A DNA stretch of 64,000 nucleotides. Source: Deltaproteobacteria bacterium (GTDB lineage: Bacteria; Myxococcota; Kuafuiibacteriia; Kuafuiibacteriales; Kuafuiibacteriaceae). The stretch lies in assembly GCA_040218735.1 (NCBI GenBank), contig JAVJQW010000042.1, positions 279,948 to 343,947 of the forward strand. Direction: 5' to 3'. The translations under genes were made by a program, and so were the position numbers. The notes beneath the pieces are model-generated. The model made no database searches. It was not told the origin of the DNA and was given only the letters and a program-made list of their open reading frames with translations. Position 1 is the stretch's first letter, and the number at the start of each line of letters is the position of its first letter. Positions 59,093 to 64,000 of the stretch are shown here, piece after piece.

Positions 59093-59578
59093 ATGGCGGA
59101 CAAACCGGGAGACCTGACGGAGACGCTGATCGCCGTCGCGAAGGGTGACCTTCCTCTGTCGATGGTGGCGGGGTTGAGCGCGAAGGAGCTCGCCCAGGTG
59201 TTGAGTCAGGCGTTGGCGCAGATGCAGATCGGGCGCGACGACAAGGCGTTGCCGATCCTGAAGGTGCTGGTCGCGCTCGACGAGAAAAACCCGATCTTTC
59301 ACGAGTATCTGGGGCTGGCGTACGAGCGGCTCGGTCGGCACGACGAGGCGCTCGAGGCGTACTCGCGGAACATCGAGGCGTTGGGTTCGTTGACTTCGGC
59401 CGAGGATCGGCTGTGTGAGGGGTACCTGCTGCGCGCGCGGTTGAATGCGCAGCGCGGGGAGCTGTCGGACGCGAAGCACGACGTCGAGGCGGCGAAGCGC
59501 CACAGCAAGGGTGTGGACGCGGAGATGGCGCAGGAGATTGCGGTGCTCGAGCAGGTGCTCGGGGAGGCTCGGCCATGA
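59093..59578 (+). CDS. SycD/LcrH-like TPR chaperone
   Basis: GDLPLSMVAGLSAKELAQV...GRDDKALPILKVLVALD..NP.F...LG...ERLG..DEALEAY follows the class II T3SS chaperone pattern. Confidence 0.65.
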   Translation: MADKPGDLTETLIAVAKGDLPLSMVAGLSAKELAQVLSQALAQMQIGRDDKALPILKVLVALDEKNPIFHEYLGLAYERLGRHDEALEAYSRNIEALGSLTSAEDRLCEGYLLRARLNAQRGELSDAKHDVEAAKRHSKGVDAEMAQEIAVLEQVLGEARP

Positions 59579-60135
59579 CGGTGCGATCGAATTTTCCGGT
59601 GGGTTCGCCGCAGTACAACCAGGTGATTGAGGAGACGGCGACGCGTGGCGCGGAGGCGCTGCAAAAGATGTCGCAGCCGGAGCAGAAGGCGATCCTCGAT
59701 GCGTTGCCGGGGCGTCTGCCGGACATCACGCGGACGCTGCAGAAGCGGGTCTTGAGCCGTAGCGCGGCTCAGCTCACGAAGATGATCGAGGCGGGTCAGC
59801 ACGCGGAGCCGACGTTCGAGGCCGGCGATCGTCTCGCGGATCTTCGGGATGCGGTGACCGAGGAGAAGGCGCCGCGAATCATGGCGGCGCTTGAGGAGAT
59901 CGCGCACGCGGGTGAGGTGAGCCCGGGGGTGTTCGGCAAGCTCGTGGAGCGGCTCGAGCTGATCGCGGAGCTGTCCGGTAAGGACTTGGCGATGGTGCCG
60001 GCGCCGACACGGGCGAAGATCCAGTCGCTCGCGAACGGCGACATGGCGGCGTTGCCGAAGCTGATCGCGGACGAGCTGGGGCACTACGCCTACAAGCCGC
60101 TGGGCGACGCGGTGAATCAGGTCGGTTCAGGCTGA
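59575..60135 (+). CDS. Hypothetical helical protein, candidate chaperone client
   Basis: ATGA-coupled to the TPR gene; no Sec signal. Confidence 0.65.
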   Translation: MTVRSNFPVGSPQYNQVIEETATRGAEALQKMSQPEQKAILDALPGRLPDITRTLQKRVLSRSAAQLTKMIEAGQHAEPTFEAGDRLADLRDAVTEEKAPRIMAALEEIAHAGEVSPGVFGKLVERLELIAELSGKDLAMVPAPTRAKIQSLANGDMAALPKLIADELGHYAYKPLGDAVNQVGSG

Positions 60136-60241
60136 GGCGCGCCCGCCACATGGGAATCGGTGCTCCCTGACCGTGAAGTAGGGCTCTGCACATACGCGGT
60201 GAGGTCGAAAGTCCGCGTCGAGTCGGCGCAGGCTTTGGTTC

Positions 60242-60514
60242 ATGCGCCGGGTGTTGTCATCGATGTTCGCTTTGTTGGTGGTGCTCGCGGGGACGGCGGC
60301 TTGGTCGTCGACGGCGGGGACCTTGGTGGTCGACGCGCGTCCGAGCAGCGCGGTCTTGGTCGACGGTGAGTCGATCGGTGAGACGCCGGTCCGTGTCTCG
60401 CTGGAGGCGGGTGAGTACGAGGTTCGACTGCGAGCGCCGGACGGGCGCGAGCGCGCGTTCGTGCGTCGTGTCGATGCGGGCCGCGAGACGCGGTTCAGGT
60501 TTCACTGGAAGTAG
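60242..60514 (+). CDS. Secreted single PEGA-domain protein
   Basis: Signal peptide; GTLVVDARP..AVLVDG..IGETP....L.AGEYEV. Confidence 0.85.
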   Translation: MRRVLSSMFALLVVLAGTAAWSSTAGTLVVDARPSSAVLVDGESIGETPVRVSLEAGEYEVRLRAPDGRERAFVRRVDAGRETRFRFHWK

Positions 60515-60875
60515 TGGGCTCGACGGCTCCTGCGGAGAGCAGGAGCGCGTGGGGCATCCAGCAGTCCGACTTCTCGGTCCCGACCTCGTGTCCGTTGGTG
60601 CAGAGGGTGTTCAGGCCGTCGCACCCGTCGAGGCCGCAGCACCCGTTGAGGCGGCTCGGGTCGTGGTGGTGTTGGGTGTGGATCGTGTCCTCGAGGTGAA
60701 CGAGGTAGGCGCCTTCGGAGTCCGTGAAGAAGCTGCCGTCGGAGACGATGTATCGGCCGCGCGGGACGTGGGGTTGGGCGTCGCGTTCTTCGAGTTGATC
60801 GGGGTCGGTGAGCTCTTCGAGTCGAACGGTGACGGCGACGCCGCAAGCGCGGCACCGGAACGCGGTGGCGGTCAT
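60495..60875 (-). CDS. Cys-rich putative zinc-binding protein
   Basis: CRACG, GCCGLDG, C.NGHEVGTE.SDCW. Confidence 0.75.
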   Translation of the reverse strand: MTATAFRCRACGVAVTVRLEELTDPDQLEERDAQPHVPRGRYIVSDGSFFTDSEGAYLVHLEDTIHTQHHHDPSRLNGCCGLDGCDGLNTLCTNGHEVGTEKSDCWMPHALLLSAGAVEPTTSSET

Positions 60876-61420
60876 GACTTGTGACCCTCGGTGAAGATGA
60901 ACGGCAGGAGCGTGGCGATGTTTCGGGCGTCATCGATGGCGCGGTGATGCGTGCCGTCGAGCGGGAGCCCGACGTGGCGCAGCGCCTGAGCCATCCCGAG
61001 CTTCTTGCGGAGTGATTGGGCTTCGCTGAACTTCCGCTTCAGGTTGATGTGTCCGAAGGGGAGTGGGTTGGCGACGTCGTGAAACGTGACGTCCTGTCGG
61101 AGTTGTCGACGATCGTAGTCGCCCCAGGAGCAGAAGATGGGTTGTTCGGCGTTCTGGGTGACCCAATCGTGCCAGCGCTCGGCGACCTCCGGAAATGACG
61201 GCGCCGTCGAGACGTCAGACTGACGAATTGTGGTGAGTCGGGTGCAGAACGGGGTGAGTTGGGGATGGCGGACGGGGCGGACGAACGATTGGAACTCAGC
61301 GAGGGGGGTCACGAGGTCATCTCGAACGAGGCAGGCCCCGACCTCGATGATCTCCATCTCGTCCCGCGGCACGGCGCCGGCGTCGTCGCACGTCGCTTCG
61401 AAGTCTACGACGAGGTACAT
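60872..61420 (-). CDS. DEDDh 3'-5' exonuclease (ERI-1/KapD-like)
   Basis: VVDFEATC, EIIEVG, SWGDYD, HHRAIDDA. Confidence 0.92.
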   Translation of the reverse strand: MYLVVDFEATCDDAGAVPRDEMEIIEVGACLVRDDLVTPLAEFQSFVRPVRHPQLTPFCTRLTTIRQSDVSTAPSFPEVAERWHDWVTQNAEQPIFCSWGDYDRRQLRQDVTFHDVANPLPFGHINLKRKFSEAQSLRKKLGMAQALRHVGLPLDGTHHRAIDDARNIATLLPFIFTEGHKS

Positions 61421-61492
61421 GATGCGGAGTCATAGTGCCCGCGACGGGAGCGTCCAGGCGGAGGTTCGAAAGGAGGCTACTTCGGATGGGCG

Positions 61493-62167
61493 CTAGCCGT
61501 CTTCGGTCGAGCTCGCCAGCTGGTCCTGGAGCTCGAACTGCCCTTCGAGTGCTTCTGTAGAAGGTACGGGACGGCGCGAGCGCTCGGCGATCGAGGGTCC
61601 TTGGGCCCAAAGCGGTGGGTAGATACTGAAGGTCTGGTCGCCTTGGAGTGCTCGGACCTCGGACGCCCAGTCGTCCCATCGCTGCGCGGCGTAGAATCCA
61701 TCGAGGTCGCCGTGCAGGAGCCAGGAGAGGAAGTCTCCAAAGCCCAACGACGTGTCCTCCCACCGAAGACTGTCGGGCGCGAAGTAGGCGACGTGGCCTG
61801 CTTCTCCGGGAACCCCACCGCCGTTCAGGACGAAGATCCCCCCGAGCACGTCGTCCGCGATGTGCAGACAACCGACGGGAAGAAGCCGGACGCGCTCCCG
61901 CGCGTTCGCGGAAAGGAGGCTCCTCGGGAGGCGCTCGTGTCCGGAGCCCAGCAGCCTCACCCACCCGTGCTGAACCAGCACACCGCCGGTCTCATACGCG
62001 ATAGTTCCGAGCGGAGAGCGAGTCGTGACTTGGAGGTGCAGAAGACAAGCTTCGCGCATCGCGGCCGACGGCGTGAGTACCTCGACCTCGTTCGTTGCTT
62101 CGTCCGTCCACCGCTGAAAGTCGCGCAGGAAGGGCTCACTAGAGAGCAGTTCATTCAGGGGTCGCAT
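61493..62167 (-). CDS. DUF2625-like protein
   Basis: LQVTTRSPLG...TGG...GWVRLLGSG, ADDVLGG.F.LNGG, YFAPDSL.WE, YPPLW. Confidence 0.75.
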   Translation of the reverse strand: MRPLNELLSSEPFLRDFQRWTDEATNEVEVLTPSAAMREACLLHLQVTTRSPLGTIAYETGGVLVQHGWVRLLGSGHERLPRSLLSANARERVRLLPVGCLHIADDVLGGIFVLNGGGVPGEAGHVAYFAPDSLRWEDTSLGFGDFLSWLLHGDLDGFYAAQRWDDWASEVRALQGDQTFSIYPPLWAQGPSIAERSRRPVPSTEALEGQFELQDQLASSTEDG

Positions 62168-62759
62168 TGCACTCACAACGCGTGACCGAAGGCCCATCAG
62201 ACTCATCCTCATGTTGGACTGCTTGTGTCATTAGTGCGTCCCAGTCGTGTTGTAGGAAGTTCTCGAGCCTCGCCCTCTGTCGTGCTGCCTCCGGCCAGGG
62301 ACTCGTTTCGAGTGCCTGAAGCATCGGTGAGATCTGCTCTGCTGTAGCCTTCGCCTGGATTGCGAGCTGCGTGACGAAGTGAACAGCGGCGTCGCGGACC
62401 ATGCTTTCACTGTCGGCAGCTAGCTTCGCAGCAGCAGGTATCTCCGATGGTCCACCGATCTGCGCGAGGAGCGAGATCGCCAGGTAGCGTTGACTAGCGT
62501 CCGGCGTGGTCAAGAGCTCGACGCAACGCCTGATAGCGTCAGGCGGTCGAATCTCGCGGAGTGTTTCCTCGGCGAGTGTTGCACCCGGCCCCATGGCTAC
62601 GACGACGTCCACGGCGTCGATATACACACCAGGGCCATAGGTGTCGCGCAGGTATCGGTCCGCCCACCGGATGATGACTTGCCGACCGCGTTTGACGAAC
62701 GACGAGTCGTCTTCCTCCACGGCTTGGATGAGCTCTTCGTTCAAATCTACGGGACTCAT
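62151..62759 (-). CDS. HEAT-repeat-like cassette protein
   Basis: Atypical codon usage; RYLAISLLAQIG and DSESMVRDAA; follows an attC R' site. Confidence 0.6.
   Translation of the reverse strand: MSPVDLNEELIQAVEEDDSSFVKRGRQVIIRWADRYLRDTYGPGVYIDAVDVVVAMGPGATLAEETLREIRPPDAIRRCVELLTTPDASQRYLAISLLAQIGGPSEIPAAAKLAADSESMVRDAAVHFVTQLAIQAKATAEQISPMLQALETSPWPEAARQRARLENFLQHDWDALMTQAVQHEDESDGPSVTRCECNATPE
62176..62219 (-). mobile_element. Truncated attC remnant
   Basis: GTCCAAC-atgag-GATGAGTCTGATGGGCCTTCGGTCAC; R'' nearly complements the upstream R' GCTGGAC; right half lost. Confidence 0.45.
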
Positions 62760-62775
62760 TGCCAGCCTTGAGTTC

Positions 62776-62837
62776 GTCCAGCACCCGATGATAAGCGGCG
62801 GGGCGAAGCCCCGTCAGTCTTCGTCATCATGTTGGGC
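62776..62837 (-). mobile_element. Integron attC site (degenerate R')
   Basis: GCCCAAC-atgat-...CTGACGGGGCTTCGCCCCGCC...-atcgggt-GCTGGAC. Confidence 0.7.
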
Positions 62838-62873
62838 TGCCTCGGCGTTGGGCCGGGCGCGCGGCTGTCTGTG

Positions 62874-63404
62874 CTACCCCGTGCACTTTAGTACCCTGAA
62901 TTCGCAGTAGGTCTCACGCTCAGCTTGCGCGAGCACTTCGTATACGAAGTACAGTCGCGCAGCTCCGAAGATGCATGGGAGCTTCGAGAGTCTCTCATTG
63001 AGCTCCGCGCGAGCTATCGACCGGGGGACTCGCCAGACCACGCCGGCGCTGTATGAGAGGTCAACGTCGGAGAGGCGGAGCTGCTCAAGGAAGTCGAGGG
63101 TAGCAGAGCGCTCGTTCACGGACGTTATGACGAGATCGTATAAGTCGAACTGGTACCCGAGGTCATAGAACTTTGCGTCGGTCTCCGGCGTTCGCCTCGA
63201 GCCCAGTGTCTTTACGGCGCCCGTCGACTTGTTAATGATACATCCGTTGGAGCCCGCTGGGATGTCGAGTGGATCGGCATCGGGTAGCCCGCGGTAGGGA
63301 AAGAGCCAGCCCGACTCCAGCTCCTTGACGCGATCGCGGTCGATCATCAGGCCGTCGGGCGTCTGTCCGCCGGCGATTCGGAGAGCCTGATTCTTGTCGA
63401 TCAT
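62874..63404 (-). CDS. Cassette gene with YrhB/Imm35-like N-terminal domain
   Basis: QALRIA...ESGWLFPY...AGSNGCIINKSTGAVKTLGS; bounded by attC sites. Confidence 0.6.
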   Translation of the reverse strand: MIDKNQALRIAGGQTPDGLMIDRDRVKELESGWLFPYRGLPDADPLDIPAGSNGCIINKSTGAVKTLGSRRTPETDAKFYDLGYQFDLYDLVITSVNERSATLDFLEQLRLSDVDLSYSAGVVWRVPRSIARAELNERLSKLPCIFGAARLYFVYEVLAQAERETYCEFRVLKCTG

Positions 63405-63428
63405 GTCTTCCTCCGCGGTCACTCGTCA

Positions 63429-63494
63429 GCCCAACACCCGATGTTCAGCTGCGGGCGGCGTAGCCGCCCGTCAGACTGCAACATCCTGTTGGGC
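63429..63494 (-). mobile_element. Integron attC site
   Basis: GCCCAAC-aggat-GTTGCAG...GGGCGGCTACGCCGCCC...CTGAAC-atcgggt-GTTGGGC, with RYYYAAC/GTTRRRY ends and an extra base in L''. Confidence 0.85.
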
Positions 63495-63607
63495 AGCCGC
63501 GAGGCCGATGTGGGTGGCTAGAATCCGGGACGTAGGGAGGGGCGAGCAGGATCTCCTGCCTGTCCACATCTAGCGCTCGCTTGGTGGAGACCATCATCGT
63601 TGAGTTC

Positions 63608-64000
63608 CTATATTGCTTGCGCACGAGTCCACGTCCCGCCGTCGAATCGGAGGTAGAGGCCGTGCTCCTGGTCCCAATACGGTACGAGCACTACTCGAAC
63701 GGAATAGCGGTCGCGGTCGTCTGACCACCTATACACGGAGAGAAACCGATCCGAGATGTAGGGCCGGAGGGCGGAGACAGACAGGTCGCCTGGCATTGCG
63801 TCGGCTGGATTGACCCACTCGGAGTTCTCAATCGCATCTCGGTATTCCTCGTGCACGAGCTCCGCAAGCTGCTCCGCATGCTGCACGAAGCAGACCTTGA
63901 GCTCGCCTGCGAGGCGGAGTGACTCGTCGGAAGGGGTCGGGTCGACGAATGCACGGGGGTCCGAGCTCAGGCGTACTTGGAATGGGCCAAAGGGCGAAGG
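63608..64000 (-). CDS. Cassette gene, 3' part (W..EHG motif, immunity-like); runs off right edge
   Basis: Frame is open to base 64000; ends VPYWDQEHGLYLRFDGG; followed by an attC. Confidence 0.6.
   Translation of the reverse strand, partial: PSPFGPFQVRLSSDPRAFVDPTPSDESLRLAGELKVCFVQHAEQLAELVHEEYRDAIENSEWVNPADAMPGDLSVSALRPYISDRFLSVYRWSDDRDRYSVRVVLVPYWDQEHGLYLRFDGGTWTRAQAI

Overview
High-GC chromosomal window, most likely from a Myxococcota-like deltaproteobacterium (Hanks kinase, MglA-like GTPase, Cys-rich lipoproteins). Housekeeping content: a Cpx/Spy-like two-component module, map, gshB, degQ, two acyl-CoA dehydrogenases, skp-lpxD-fabZ-lpxA-lpxB, msbA-waaA, and lpdA-lipB plus E2 and E1alpha of a 2-oxoacid dehydrogenase. 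The best candidate for a new system is 38.9-49.4 kb. There a circularly permuted ATP-grasp ligase with a long extra C-terminal region is coupled to a divergent SecA paralog. These are followed by a ~153-nt G-U-rich rod-like hairpin and converge on a 1265-aa protein with a ~100-aa signal region, LysM-like repeats and transglutaminase-elicitor-like motifs. Both ends of that locus, and other orphan genes, carry a shared sigma-28-like promoter, (G/A)CA(A/C)C-N14/15-(G/T)CCGATA(A/T). An orphan SycD/LcrH-like chaperone with a partner gene also lies in the window, suggesting a co-regulated secreted-effector regulon. Other notable items are an AdoHcyase-fold protein linked to two atypical Crp regulators, an SDR gene broken by an internal deletion, a LysR HTH-only regulator with its ATAC-N7-GTAT box, frequent leaderless-type promoters, and an integron-like attC cassette array with immunity-like genes at the right edge. 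All family calls are motif recognition by eye, not database searches.
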